Shown one piece after another: positions 9,842-19,533 of a stretch of 62,048 bases of DNA. Under the pieces are notes generated by a model. It was not told the origin of the DNA, searched no databases, and saw only the letters and a list, made by a program, of their open reading frames with translations. The DNA is taken from the NCBI GenBank assembly GCA_046092585.1, contig JBJTDZ010000141.1:1-62048 (forward strand), read 5' to 3'. Numbering within the stretch: the first letter of the stretch is position 1; each line of letters starts with the position of its first letter. Origin of the DNA: Pirellulales bacterium. Lineage in GTDB: Bacteria; Planctomycetota; Planctomycetia; Pirellulales; UBA1268. Both the position numbers and the translations under genes were made by a program.

Positions 9842-9869
9842 CGGTTTTCTCCCCGAAATAACGACTCGC

Positions 9870-11069
9870 ATGGCTGAGTTCCTCATCAACTCCGTGGGCC
9901 TCCCGGCGTGGCTGGCATGGACGGTCACTGCCGCCGTCGCGGCGGCGTTGGTCCTCAACGTGATCGCCGTCGGGGCCCTCGTCTTCATCTGGGCGGAGCG
10001 GAAGATCGCGGGCCGCATCCAGGATCGCCTGGGGCCGACGCGCACCGGCGGCAAGTTCGGGTGGCTGCAGTCGCTCGCCGACGGCATCAAGCTGCTTGCC
10101 AAGGAGGATCTCATGCCCGACGGGGCCGATGGGATGCTCTTCCGCCTCGCCCCCTACGTGAGTTTCTGCGCGTCATTCTGTGCCTTCATCGCGCTTCCGT
10201 TCGCCTTCGATTTCGTCGGCCAGCGGCTGAACGTCGGGGTCTTCTTCGTGATCGCCGTGCTCGGGCTCGAGGTCTTCGGCGTGATCCTTGCCGGCTACGC
10301 GTCGGCCTCGAAGTGGTCGCTGTTCGGGGCGATGCGCGAGGCGGCCCAGGTCGTCAGTTACGAGGTGCCGCTGGGCATGTGCGTGGTCGTGCCGGTGATG
10401 CTCGCGGGCAGCATGGATCTCGTGACGATCGCCGAGAAGCAGGCCGGCTGGTTCACCAGCTGGTTTCTGTTCCATGATCCGTTCACGTTCGTCGTGTTCT
10501 GGATCTACGTGACGTGCGCCGTGGCGAGCGTGAACCGGGCCCCGTTCGATCTCGCCGAGGCCGAGAGCGAACTCGTGGCCGGGTTCCACACGGAGTACTC
10601 CGGCCTTCGCTGGAGCTACTTTTTCATGGCCGAATACGGCTCGATGTTTCTCGTGAGCGCCCTAGCGGCGGTGCTCTTCCTGGGCGGCTGGAACGGGCCG
10701 ATTCCCGTGGCCTCGCTGCTCGGCCTGTCGGAGGGCACCGGCGACACAGCCGGGTATTTCGTGCGGCTTCTCGGCATGTTCAATCTTCTCGGCAAGGCGA
10801 CGCTCGGGGTGCTCGTCATGATGTGGATCCGGTGGACGCTGCCGCGGCTGCGGATCGACCAGGTGATGACCACGTGCCTGAAGTACTGCACGCCGCTGGC
10901 CGCCGTGATGTTTCTCGGAGCCATGCTCTGGCAGATCGCGTTGCCGGGCGGGCTGGTGCCGGGGCTGGGGCGGCCGGCTGGTGAGGTCCGCGAGGGCTGG
11001 CTGCCGGGCCCGGGCGGGGCCGCGCGGCCCGCCGGAACGGGCGAGTCCGTTGCCAGGGTGGCCTCATGA
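9870..11069 (+). CDS. nuoH: NADH-quinone oxidoreductase subunit H
   Basis: ERKIAGRIQDRLGP, ADGIKLLAKE, NRAPFDLAEAESELVAGFHTEYSG, PRLRIDQ. Confidence 0.97.
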   Translation: MAEFLINSVGLPAWLAWTVTAAVAAALVLNVIAVGALVFIWAERKIAGRIQDRLGPTRTGGKFGWLQSLADGIKLLAKEDLMPDGADGMLFRLAPYVSFCASFCAFIALPFAFDFVGQRLNVGVFFVIAVLGLEVFGVILAGYASASKWSLFGAMREAAQVVSYEVPLGMCVVVPVMLAGSMDLVTIAEKQAGWFTSWFLFHDPFTFVVFWIYVTCAVASVNRAPFDLAEAESELVAGFHTEYSGLRWSYFFMAEYGSMFLVSALAAVLFLGGWNGPIPVASLLGLSEGTGDTAGYFVRLLGMFNLLGKATLGVLVMMWIRWTLPRLRIDQVMTTCLKYCTPLAAVMFLGAMLWQIALPGGLVPGLGRPAGEVREGWLPGPGGAARPAGTGESVARVAS

Positions 11070-11791
11070 TGCCGATCGCATCGCTCTTCGAGATCGCTCC
11101 CATTCTGCCGTTGGCGGCGATCAACTGGCACACGTTTTTCTTCCTGCTCTTCGCGGTGATCGCCTGCGGTTTCGCGGTGGCCGTCGTGGCAGCCGACAAC
11201 GTCGTGCGGATGGCCCTCTATCTCGTGCTGTCGCTGGGCGCGACGGCCGGGCTCTTCTTTCTGGCGGGGGCGGAGTTCGTCGGGGCGATGCAGTTGATGA
11301 TCTACGTCGGCGGCACGCTGGTGCTGCTGGTGTTCGGCGTGATGCTCACCGCGCAGGCCCCGTTCGTCTCGATTCGTGCGTCCGGTCGCGACAAGGTCGT
11401 CGCGGGCGTGGTCGGTGCGGCGCTGCTCGCGGTGCTGCTGCAGGCGGCCCTGTCGGTGAAGGCCTGGCGGGTGCCGGCGGCTGGCGAGGTGGGCCGTCCT
11501 GCGGCAACGCCGATCGGGGTGGCGCTGGTCGGGGTTCGCGTCGACGAACCCGGCGTGGGGGCCCCGGCTCGCAACGTGCGGCCCGGCTATCTGCTGCCGT
11601 TCGAGATCGTGTCGGTGCACCTGCTCGTCGTGCTCGTCGGTGCCGCCTATCTCGCGAGGGCCAAGCGGCGGAAGACGCCACGGGCGATCGAGGTGGTCGC
11701 GTCGGTGGAGCCTCCCGCCTCAGTGGCCGAGCATGCGGCCATCGGTCGCGGCCGGTCGGGCGGTGGTTCCGTGCTGGCGGGAGGACGATGA
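11066..11791 (+). CDS. nuoJ: NADH-quinone oxidoreductase subunit J
   Basis: AEFVGAMQLMIYVGG..VL..FGVML and YLLPFE motifs. Confidence 0.93.
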   Translation: MMPIASLFEIAPILPLAAINWHTFFFLLFAVIACGFAVAVVAADNVVRMALYLVLSLGATAGLFFLAGAEFVGAMQLMIYVGGTLVLLVFGVMLTAQAPFVSIRASGRDKVVAGVVGAALLAVLLQAALSVKAWRVPAAGEVGRPAATPIGVALVGVRVDEPGVGAPARNVRPGYLLPFEIVSVHLLVVLVGAAYLARAKRRKTPRAIEVVASVEPPASVAEHAAIGRGRSGGGSVLAGGR

Positions 11792-12168
11792 TGGGGTCCG
11801 TGGTGGTGTCGTCCGTGCCCTTGTTCGGCCTGCTCTCGCAGCCGGTGGGCGTTGCCCACTACCTGGTCGTGGGCGCGGTTCTCTTCGTCAGCGGCATCGT
11901 CTGCATGGCCCTGAAGCGAAACGCCCTCGGCGTGCTGATGGGCATCGAGCTCGTGCTCAACGGTGCCAACGTCAACTTCGTCGCCTTCGCCTCGCCGTAT
12001 CTGCAGGGTGAGGGCTCCCGGTCGCTCGGGCTCGACGGCCAGGTGATCGCCCTCTTCGTGATCCTGCTGGCGGCTGCTGAGGCCGCCGTGGCGCTGGCGA
12101 TCACCCTCAACTTCTACAACAACCACGCGACCGTCGACGTCGACCGCGCGGACGACCTCAAGGGCTGA
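11788..12168 (+). CDS. nuoK: NADH-quinone oxidoreductase subunit K
   Basis: KRNALGVLMGIELVLN, AAAEAAVALAI, C-terminal LKG. Confidence 0.95.
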   Translation: MMGSVVVSSVPLFGLLSQPVGVAHYLVVGAVLFVSGIVCMALKRNALGVLMGIELVLNGANVNFVAFASPYLQGEGSRSLGLDGQVIALFVILLAAAEAAVALAITLNFYNNHATVDVDRADDLKG

Positions 12169-12211
12169 GCGCGTGCCCGCCGGGCACGACCTCCTGCAGC
12201 ATCACCGCACC

Positions 12212-14704
12212 ATGGACCTCGCCACCACACTCCCGCAGCTGCTCGGCCTCGCCTGGCTGCTGCCGCTGGTTTCGTTCGTGCTGATCCTGTTCTTCGGCCC
12301 GAAGATGGGGCCCCACGGGCGGAACGCCGCCTGGGTCGCCACTGCGGCGATCGTGATGTCGCTGGTGCTCTCGCTCGTGGCGTTCGTGGGGTGGATGGGA
12401 GCCCATCCTGTCACGGCCGCGCATCATGGCAGCAACGCCGGTGCCCCTGGCGCGCATGGCGAGGGCCACGGCCAGGAGGCTTCCGCCGGGCATGACGGGG
12501 AGCATGGGCCCGCCGGCAATCATGAAGGCGAGCATGCAGCCGCCGGCGGGTCGCACGCCGGCCACCACGTGCCGGTCGCCTACTCCGGCGACTGGTACAC
12601 GCTCTATGAAGCCGGGCGACTGCAGCTCTCCATCGGCTGGTACATCGACTCGCTCACCATCCTGATGTTCGTGGTGGTGACGTTCATCGCCACCTGCATC
12701 CATGTCTATGCGTCGGGCTACATGCACGACGAGCTTCACGACGTGACCGACCACGAGGTCACGTTGGCGGACGGGCATCACCTCCACCGGCCGGGGCGGT
12801 TTCCGCGGTTCTTCCAGGCGCTGTCGCTCTTTTGCTTTTCGATGCTGGGCATCGTCATCGCCGGCAACCTGGCGATGGTGTTCATCTTCTGGGAGCTCGT
12901 CGGCATCTGCTCGTGGTTCCTGATCGGCTTCTACTACGAGCGGACGTCGGCCTCCACCGCGGCGAACAAGGCCTTCATCGTCAATCGGGTCGGCGACTTC
13001 GGCATGCTCATCGGGCTGATGGCCCTTTGGGGCGCGCTCGGCACGTTGCAGTTCGCCGATGCGACCGTCGCGACGGCCGATGGCGGGGGGGCCGTGAAGC
13101 CGGGCCTGTTCAGCCTGGTGCGGCCGGCCGATCACGGGCATGCCCTCCGCGTGCCGGACGGGATGGTCGAGTTCGCCGCAGCGGACAAGGTCGCCGGGAT
13201 CGCCGCCGACCATGCGGCGAGCCCCGCTGACGCGGCCAGCGAGGTGGCGGCGCGGGTCGACGACTGGCGGGCCGAGGGCTTCGGCCGTTGGCTCCTGTTC
13301 ATCGCCGGTGTCGGCATCTTCTGTGGCTGCGTGGGCAAGAGCGCGCAGTTTCCGCTCTTCGTCTGGCTTCCCGATGCGATGGAAGGCCCGACGCCCGTCT
13401 CGGCGCTCGTGCACTCGGCGACGATGGTGGCGGCGGGGGTCTACCTCGTGGGTCGGTTCTATCCCGTGCTGACGCCCGACGTGCTCCTCGTCATCGCCTA
13501 CGTCGGAGCGACCACGCTCTTCATCGCGGCCACGATCGCGCTGGTCGCCAACGACATCAAGCGGGTGCTTGCCTATTCGACGGTCAGCCAGCTCGGCTAC
13601 ATGCTGCTCGCGCTCGGGGTGGGCGGCTGGGTGGCGGGCCTCTTCCACCTCGTGACCCACGCCTTCTTCAAGAGCCTGCTGTTCCTCTGCTCCGGGTCCG
13701 TGATCCACGCCTGCCACACCAACGACATGCGAAAGATGGGCGGCCTCGCCCGGGTGATGCCCTACACGGCCGGCACGATGCTGGTCGGCTGCCTGGCGAT
13801 CATCGGTGCCGGCATCCCCTTCGTGATCGGGCTCTCGGGCTACTACTCGAAGGACTCGATCCTGGCCCAGGCGCTCTCTTTCTCGCAGGCCAATCCCGGG
13901 CATTCCATCCTCTTCCTCGCCGTCGCGGGCGGCGCCGCGCTGACGGCCTTCTACATGTTCCGCCTGTGGTTCATGACCTTCGCCGGTACGCCCCGAGATC
14001 ATCACGTGGCCGAGCATGCCCATGAGTCGCCCCAGGTGATGGTGATGCCGCTCCTGGTGCTGGCGGCGCTGGCGGTGGTGGCCGGATGGACGCTGCCCGG
14101 TGGGTTCGGGATCGCCAACCTGCTCGAGCAGTCGCGGCCCGCGGGCACGGCCGAGACCGCCGTCGGGGGCTTTGCCTTCGGGCAGACGCTGACGATCCCC
14201 GCCGAGCATCTCAGTCACGAGGGCGCCATCCACGTGACGGCGACGATGACGGCCTTCGCGACGGCGCTCGGTGGTGTGCTGCTGGCGGCGCTGATGTATC
14301 TCTGGCGGGTCATTTCGCCGGACGTCGTCGCCGCCATGTTTCAGCCGATCTACAGGTTCCTCGCGGGCCGCTGGTATTTCGACGAGCTCTACCATGCCCT
14401 CTTCGTGGTCCCGGTCCACGGCCTGGCTGCCGTGGCCAGCGGCATCGATCGTGGGCTGATCGACCCGTTCATCAACGGCCTCGCCTGGTTGACCCGGCAG
14501 GTGGCCGGCTTCGACGCGTGGATCGACCGCACGCTCGTCGATGGCCTGGTGAACGCCACCGCGAACGCCACCTGGTCGGCGGGGCTCGAGCTCAAGAAGC
14601 TGCAGACGGGCAGCCTGCGGCAGTATGTGACCTTCATCGCTGCCGGCACCGTCGCCCTGTTCGTGATCGCCAGCCTGTTGTTCCGGCAGACGTTCGCCGG
14701 CTGA
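12212..14704 (+). CDS. nuoL: NADH-quinone oxidoreductase subunit L (His-rich insertions)
   Basis: WELVG, KAFIVNRVGD, GKSAQFPLFVWLPDAMEGPTPVSALVHSATMV, HAFFK. Confidence 0.97.
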   Translation: MDLATTLPQLLGLAWLLPLVSFVLILFFGPKMGPHGRNAAWVATAAIVMSLVLSLVAFVGWMGAHPVTAAHHGSNAGAPGAHGEGHGQEASAGHDGEHGPAGNHEGEHAAAGGSHAGHHVPVAYSGDWYTLYEAGRLQLSIGWYIDSLTILMFVVVTFIATCIHVYASGYMHDELHDVTDHEVTLADGHHLHRPGRFPRFFQALSLFCFSMLGIVIAGNLAMVFIFWELVGICSWFLIGFYYERTSASTAANKAFIVNRVGDFGMLIGLMALWGALGTLQFADATVATADGGGAVKPGLFSLVRPADHGHALRVPDGMVEFAAADKVAGIAADHAASPADAASEVAARVDDWRAEGFGRWLLFIAGVGIFCGCVGKSAQFPLFVWLPDAMEGPTPVSALVHSATMVAAGVYLVGRFYPVLTPDVLLVIAYVGATTLFIAATIALVANDIKRVLAYSTVSQLGYMLLALGVGGWVAGLFHLVTHAFFKSLLFLCSGSVIHACHTNDMRKMGGLARVMPYTAGTMLVGCLAIIGAGIPFVIGLSGYYSKDSILAQALSFSQANPGHSILFLAVAGGAALTAFYMFRLWFMTFAGTPRDHHVAEHAHESPQVMVMPLLVLAALAVVAGWTLPGGFGIANLLEQSRPAGTAETAVGGFAFGQTLTIPAEHLSHEGAIHVTATMTAFATALGGVLLAALMYLWRVISPDVVAAMFQPIYRFLAGRWYFDELYHALFVVPVHGLAAVASGIDRGLIDPFINGLAWLTRQVAGFDAWIDRTLVDGLVNATANATWSAGLELKKLQTGSLRQYVTFIAAGTVALFVIASLLFRQTFAG

Positions 14705-14760
14705 CGCCGACACCGCCCCCTCATCCCGAATCACCTCCGCCCCTTTTCACGGATCCTGCG

Positions 14761-16551
14761 ATGACCCCAGACAGCCTGACGCAGCCCGCCCTCTGGCCCC
14801 TGTCGATGATCGTGTTCCTGCCGGCCCTCGTCGCGGCCTTCCTCGCGCTGCCGATCATCCCCAAGGCCCGCGAGGAGGCGATCCGCTGGATTACGCTCGC
14901 GGCCACCGTGGTGGTCTTCGTACTGTCGCTCTGGATGGCGTGGCCGTCGCTCTTCGGGGCCGCCGGGCCTGCCCAGTTCACGGTGGGCGAGGCGGGCATG
15001 CAGGCGGTGGTGAAGAAGCCGTGGATCCCCGCCTTCGCCATCGAGTATCTCCTGGGCGTCGACGGCATCAGCATGCCGCTGGTCGTGCTCACCACGTTCC
15101 TGTCGGTGCTCGCCTGTGCGGCCAGTTGGCCGATCACCAAGCACGTGAAGGCCTATCACGTGCTGTTTCTGTTGCTGGAAACGGGCATGCTCGGCGTGTT
15201 CGTATCGCTCGACTTTTTCCTCTTCTACGTGTTTTGGGAGGTGATGCTCCTGCCGATGTACTTCCTGATCGGCATCTGGGGAGGGCCACGTCGCGAGTAC
15301 GCCGCGATCAAGTTTTTTCTGTACACGCTGTTCGGGAGCGTGCTGATGCTCATCGCGGTGCTGATGCTCTACTTCACGAGCGACCTGCGGATGCTCTCGG
15401 AGGAGCAGTTGGTCGCGACCCACGTCGTGAGCCCGGTCCTCGAGGGTGCCGGGCGGGCCGATCCCGTCGCGGCCATCAAGACCGCGACTGGTCCCGTGCA
15501 TACGTTCAACCTGCTGGCTCTCGCGCAGCTCGGCCAGTCGCCCGACTCGCCGTTCGCCGCCGCGAACGTGTGGGGCATGAGCCTCGAGACGTGGGCCTTC
15601 CTGCTCCTGCTCGTCGGCTTCGTGATCAAGGTGCCGGTGGTGCCCGTGCACACGTGGCTCCCCGACGCCCACGTGGAAGCGCCGACGCCGATCTCCATGA
15701 TCCTCGCCGGCGTGCTCCTCAAGCTCGGTGGCTACGGCATCCTCCGGATCTGCTACCCGATCTGCCCGGGCGCGGGGCTTTCGCTCGCGTGGCTCGTTTG
15801 CGGTCTCGGAGTGGTTTCGATGGTGTACGGGGCTTTCGCGGCGCTGGCCCAGAAGGACTTCAAGCGAATGGTCGCCTACAGCTCCGTGAGCCACATGGGT
15901 TACGTGATGCTGGGGCTCGGCGTCTGGAGCGCGGTGGCCGGGAACCAGTTCCGCTGGGACGCCTGGGCCCAGGGCGTGAACGGCGCGATGTTCCAGATGC
16001 TGGCCCACGGCATCTCGTCGGCCGGGATGTTCTTCATGGTGGGCGTGCTGTACGACCGCGTTCACCACCGGAACCTCGAGGAGTTCGGGGGCATCTTCAA
16101 CCGGATGCCCGTCTATAGCGGCCTGGCCGTGGCGGTCTTCTTCGCCGGCCTGGGGCTACCGGGGCTGTGCGGCTTCATCGGCGAGGTTCTGGTGACGCTC
16201 TCGAGCTGGAACTACAGCCGAGTGCTCGCCGTGATTTCCGCGTTCACCGTGATTCTGACGGCGGCCTACATCCTCTGGGCGATCCAGCGGGTCTACCTCG
16301 GCCCTGAGTACAAGGGGCCTCATGGCGACCACCTCACGCCGATCACCGGTCGCGAACTGGCGATCGCGACGCCGCTGGTGTTTCTCGCGATCCTGTTCGG
16401 CGTGGCCCCGCAGTTGATTTTCAACTACGTGACGCCGTCGGTGAACCGCCAGGTGGAGACGCTCGCGGAGTGGACGCGGGATGTCGGGCCGAAGCCGTCG
16501 CAGGCGGAGGCCGGCCAGCCGGCCTCGGCCGACGTGTCGGCGGTGAGGTGA
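14761..16551 (+). CDS. nuoM: NADH-quinone oxidoreductase subunit M
   Basis: LGVDGIS, FWE, AAIKFFLYT, HTWLPDAHVEAPT, AYSSVSHMG, GFIGE. Confidence 0.97.
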   Translation: MTPDSLTQPALWPLSMIVFLPALVAAFLALPIIPKAREEAIRWITLAATVVVFVLSLWMAWPSLFGAAGPAQFTVGEAGMQAVVKKPWIPAFAIEYLLGVDGISMPLVVLTTFLSVLACAASWPITKHVKAYHVLFLLLETGMLGVFVSLDFFLFYVFWEVMLLPMYFLIGIWGGPRREYAAIKFFLYTLFGSVLMLIAVLMLYFTSDLRMLSEEQLVATHVVSPVLEGAGRADPVAAIKTATGPVHTFNLLALAQLGQSPDSPFAAANVWGMSLETWAFLLLLVGFVIKVPVVPVHTWLPDAHVEAPTPISMILAGVLLKLGGYGILRICYPICPGAGLSLAWLVCGLGVVSMVYGAFAALAQKDFKRMVAYSSVSHMGYVMLGLGVWSAVAGNQFRWDAWAQGVNGAMFQMLAHGISSAGMFFMVGVLYDRVHHRNLEEFGGIFNRMPVYSGLAVAVFFAGLGLPGLCGFIGEVLVTLSSWNYSRVLAVISAFTVILTAAYILWAIQRVYLGPEYKGPHGDHLTPITGRELAIATPLVFLAILFGVAPQLIFNYVTPSVNRQVETLAEWTRDVGPKPSQAEAGQPASADVSAVR

Positions 16552-16585
16552 TCGCGGTACGCCACGCCCCAACGGACCATCGACC

Positions 16586-18214
16586 ATGGATCTTGGATCG
16601 CTCCTGACGAGCAGCCTGACCGACACGCTCGACGTGTCGCTGCCCCACTTCCGCCCGGAGCTCGCGCTCGCGGCCACGGTCGTGCTGGTGCTGCTCTGCC
16701 GCATGCTGCCCGTGGTCCGATGGCTCGACTCGGGGATGGTCGCGCTCGGCGGCGTGGCCTTCGCCCTCTGGTATGCCTGGCTCGACCTGCGGTCGCTGCC
16801 CGGGTCGCCCTGGCCGACGGCGGGCGAGGCGCAGGGGGCGGTGGAGCTGTTTGGCGGCCTGCTCGCGTACGACCCCCTCACGGCGTACATCCGCTTTCTG
16901 CTCTGCGGCTTCCTCGTGCTCTACATCCTGTTCACGAAGGTGTCGGGCATCCCCGATCGCGAGGACGGCGCCGACTTCTACACGCTCGTGCTCGGTTCAT
17001 CGCTCGGCATGTGCTTGATGGCATCGGCCAATCACATCCTCATGGTCTTCATGGCGGTGGAGATGGCGAGCGTGCCGTCGTACGCCCTCGCCGGGCTGCT
17101 CAAGGGACGCAAAGCCAGTTCCGAGGCAGCCCTGAAGTACGCCGTGTATGGGGCAGGGGCCGCCGGCATCATGCTCTACGGCATCAGCCTGCTTGCCGGC
17201 GTGCTCGGCACCTGCCACCTGCCGAGCATGGCGGCCGAACTGGGGCGGATCGTCGGGGAAGGGGGCGACACCGGATCGGTCATGACCCTTGCCCTCGGCG
17301 GTCTAATGCTGACGGCCGGGCTGGCCTTCAAGCTCTCTGCGGCGCCCTTCCACTTCTGGTGTCCCGACGTGTTCGAGGGCGCTGCGGCCGAGGTGGGGGC
17401 GTTTCTCTCGGTGGCCAGCAAGGCGGCGGCCGTGGCACTGGCCCTCCGCGTCGCCTTTGCCCTCGGCTGGCTGGGTGACGCCGTGGGCGTGACCGCGGCC
17501 GGCCTTGCCGACGTGCGGCATTTCAGCGTCGTGGTGATCGCGGCGATGGCGGCGGTCACCTGCACGTTGGGCAACCTCGCCGCCTACGGCCAGACCAACA
17601 TGAAGCGGCTGCTCGCCTATTCGACCATCGCCCACGCCGGGTACCTGCTCATGGGGGTGGCCGCCGCGGTGGCGTTGCTGGGTGCCGATCCCGAGGGCTG
17701 CCGGAGGGCCGTGGCCGCCCTGGCCTTCTACCTCGGCACGTACCTGTTCATGAACCTCGGCGCGTTCGCGATCGTGGCCGTGCTACGGAACCGGCTGCGG
17801 AGCGAGGAGATCTCCGCCTACGCGGGACTGGTGCGGTCGAGCCCGGGGATCGTGGTGGCCGCTGCCGCGGTGCTCGTGAGCCTGGTCGGTCTGCCGCCGT
17901 TGGCCGGGTTCGTCTCGAAGTTTCTCGTGTTTTCGTCGCTCGTCGACGCGAGCACCAAGGGGATCGAGCGGCCGCTGATGCTCACGCTCCTGATCGTGGG
18001 TGGCCTCAACACCGTGATCAGCCTCTTCTACTATCTCCGGGTGCTCAAGGTGATGACGTTCGATCCGCCGGCCGACGACCGCGTGGCCGCCGCGGCTCCC
18101 GTCTGGCTGCCTGGCGCCCTGGTCACGGCCGTGGTCGTGCCCGTGGTGCTGCTCGGCATCTTCTGGTCGGGCCTCTACGCGGCTGCCCAGTTGGCCGGCA
18201 CGTTTGCGTCCTAG
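16586..18214 (+). CDS. nuoN: NADH-quinone oxidoreductase subunit N
   Basis: EAALKY, FKLSAAPFHFWCPDVFEGA, KRLLAYSTIAHAGY, GLPPLAGF..K. Confidence 0.96.
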   Translation: MDLGSLLTSSLTDTLDVSLPHFRPELALAATVVLVLLCRMLPVVRWLDSGMVALGGVAFALWYAWLDLRSLPGSPWPTAGEAQGAVELFGGLLAYDPLTAYIRFLLCGFLVLYILFTKVSGIPDREDGADFYTLVLGSSLGMCLMASANHILMVFMAVEMASVPSYALAGLLKGRKASSEAALKYAVYGAGAAGIMLYGISLLAGVLGTCHLPSMAAELGRIVGEGGDTGSVMTLALGGLMLTAGLAFKLSAAPFHFWCPDVFEGAAAEVGAFLSVASKAAAVALALRVAFALGWLGDAVGVTAAGLADVRHFSVVVIAAMAAVTCTLGNLAAYGQTNMKRLLAYSTIAHAGYLLMGVAAAVALLGADPEGCRRAVAALAFYLGTYLFMNLGAFAIVAVLRNRLRSEEISAYAGLVRSSPGIVVAAAAVLVSLVGLPPLAGFVSKFLVFSSLVDASTKGIERPLMLTLLIVGGLNTVISLFYYLRVLKVMTFDPPADDRVAAAAPVWLPGALVTAVVVPVVLLGIFWSGLYAAAQLAGTFAS

Positions 18215-18230
18215 AAATCGGAGCACCGCC

Positions 18231-18683
18231 ATGGCCGCCGCCGACCCGCTCTGCCGACTTGTCTCGGTCGTCCAGCCATCGATGCTGATGTACCTGGCCG
18301 ATTCGGGCATCTGGTCGTATCCGGGCGGCGAGCCGCTGAAACTCGCCCTGGCCGCCGCGGTCGACGACTTTCGGAGCCTGATCGAGCGGGCCACGAGCCT
18401 TCTGCAGGAGCGAGAGGTCGCCATCCCGCCCAGGGCCGCCTACCCGCTCTCCTTCACCGCGCTTCACGATGTCGACCTCGGCACCCTGCTCCCGCGGGTG
18501 ATCGACGGGCTGCGGCGGCAACTGGCCGACCTCGATGCCCTTGCCGGGCCGGCGGGCACCGATGCCGCGGCCGCCGACCTCGTGGCCGACGCGAAGCAGT
18601 CGACGCGGCAGCACCTCGATGCTCTCGAGCAGCTCGCGGCCAAGGTGAGGGCCGGGCTTTCGGGAACCGGCGCCGCCGGCTGA
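18231..18683 (+). CDS. Hypothetical helical protein, possibly ferritin-like fold
   Basis: Four amphipathic helices with YP..FTALHD and a terminal RQHLDALE. TGATG overlap with tatD. Confidence 0.55.
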   Translation: MAAADPLCRLVSVVQPSMLMYLADSGIWSYPGGEPLKLALAAAVDDFRSLIERATSLLQEREVAIPPRAAYPLSFTALHDVDLGTLLPRVIDGLRRQLADLDALAGPAGTDAAAADLVADAKQSTRQHLDALEQLAAKVRAGLSGTGAAG

Positions 18684-19453
18684 TGGAGTTCTACGACAGC
18701 CACTGCCATCTCGATCCGATGCGGTTCGGTGCGGAACTGCCGGACGTGATCGCGCGGTCACGCGCCGCAGGTGTCACGAGACTCACGGTGATCGGCACCC
18801 GGGCCGCGGACAGCGAAGCCGCGGCGGAGCTCGCCGGGCGTGAGGCGGGCATCGTCGCCGCCGCGGGGATCCACCCCAACGACGTCTCCGAGGCGGAGCC
18901 GGGGGAGTGGGATCGCATCGTGCGGCTGGCCGAATCGGGCCGCGTGGCTGCCATAGGGGAGACGGGACTCGACTGGTATCGGACCACGGCGCCGCCGGAG
19001 CTGCAGCGGGAGTCGTTCGACCGCCACCTGCGGCTGGCGCAGCGGCTTTCGCTGCCGGTGGTGATCCACACGCGGGAGAGCATTCGCGACACGCTCGACA
19101 TGCTCCGCGACGCCGTGGCGCGGAGCCCGCTCTTCCCCGTGCTCCATTCGTTCACCGGCACCGCTGCCGAGGCAGCCGAGGCCATCGACCTCGGCTGCCA
19201 CCTGGGATTTGCCGGGATGGTGACGTTCCGCTCGTCGTCGGCGCTGCGCGACGTCGCGAAGGAGGTGCCGCTCGATCGGCTGCTCATCGAGACGGACAGC
19301 CCGTTTCTCTCCCCCGAGCCTCTGCGTGGCAGGCGGAACGAGCCGGCCAATGTCGTGCATACGGCCCGCTGTCTGGCCCTGGCCCGTGGCCAACCGCTCG
19401 AGGCCTTCGCCGCAGCCACCACCGCCAACGCCCGGCGGGTGTTCCGCTGCTGA
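18683..19453 (+). CDS. tatD: TatD family metal-dependent hydrolase/DNase
   Basis: DSHCH, GIHP, AIGETGLD, IHTRE, HSF, ETDSP, RNEP. Confidence 0.95.
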   Translation: MEFYDSHCHLDPMRFGAELPDVIARSRAAGVTRLTVIGTRAADSEAAAELAGREAGIVAAAGIHPNDVSEAEPGEWDRIVRLAESGRVAAIGETGLDWYRTTAPPELQRESFDRHLRLAQRLSLPVVIHTRESIRDTLDMLRDAVARSPLFPVLHSFTGTAAEAAEAIDLGCHLGFAGMVTFRSSSALRDVAKEVPLDRLLIETDSPFLSPEPLRGRRNEPANVVHTARCLALARGQPLEAFAAATTANARRVFRC

Positions 19454-19533
19454 GAGCCGTTCGCCGGGATGTCCGGACGGCCGGTGGGTGGGTAGGATTG
19501 CCGGCCCGCACGATCTTCACGGAGCCTTTCGTC

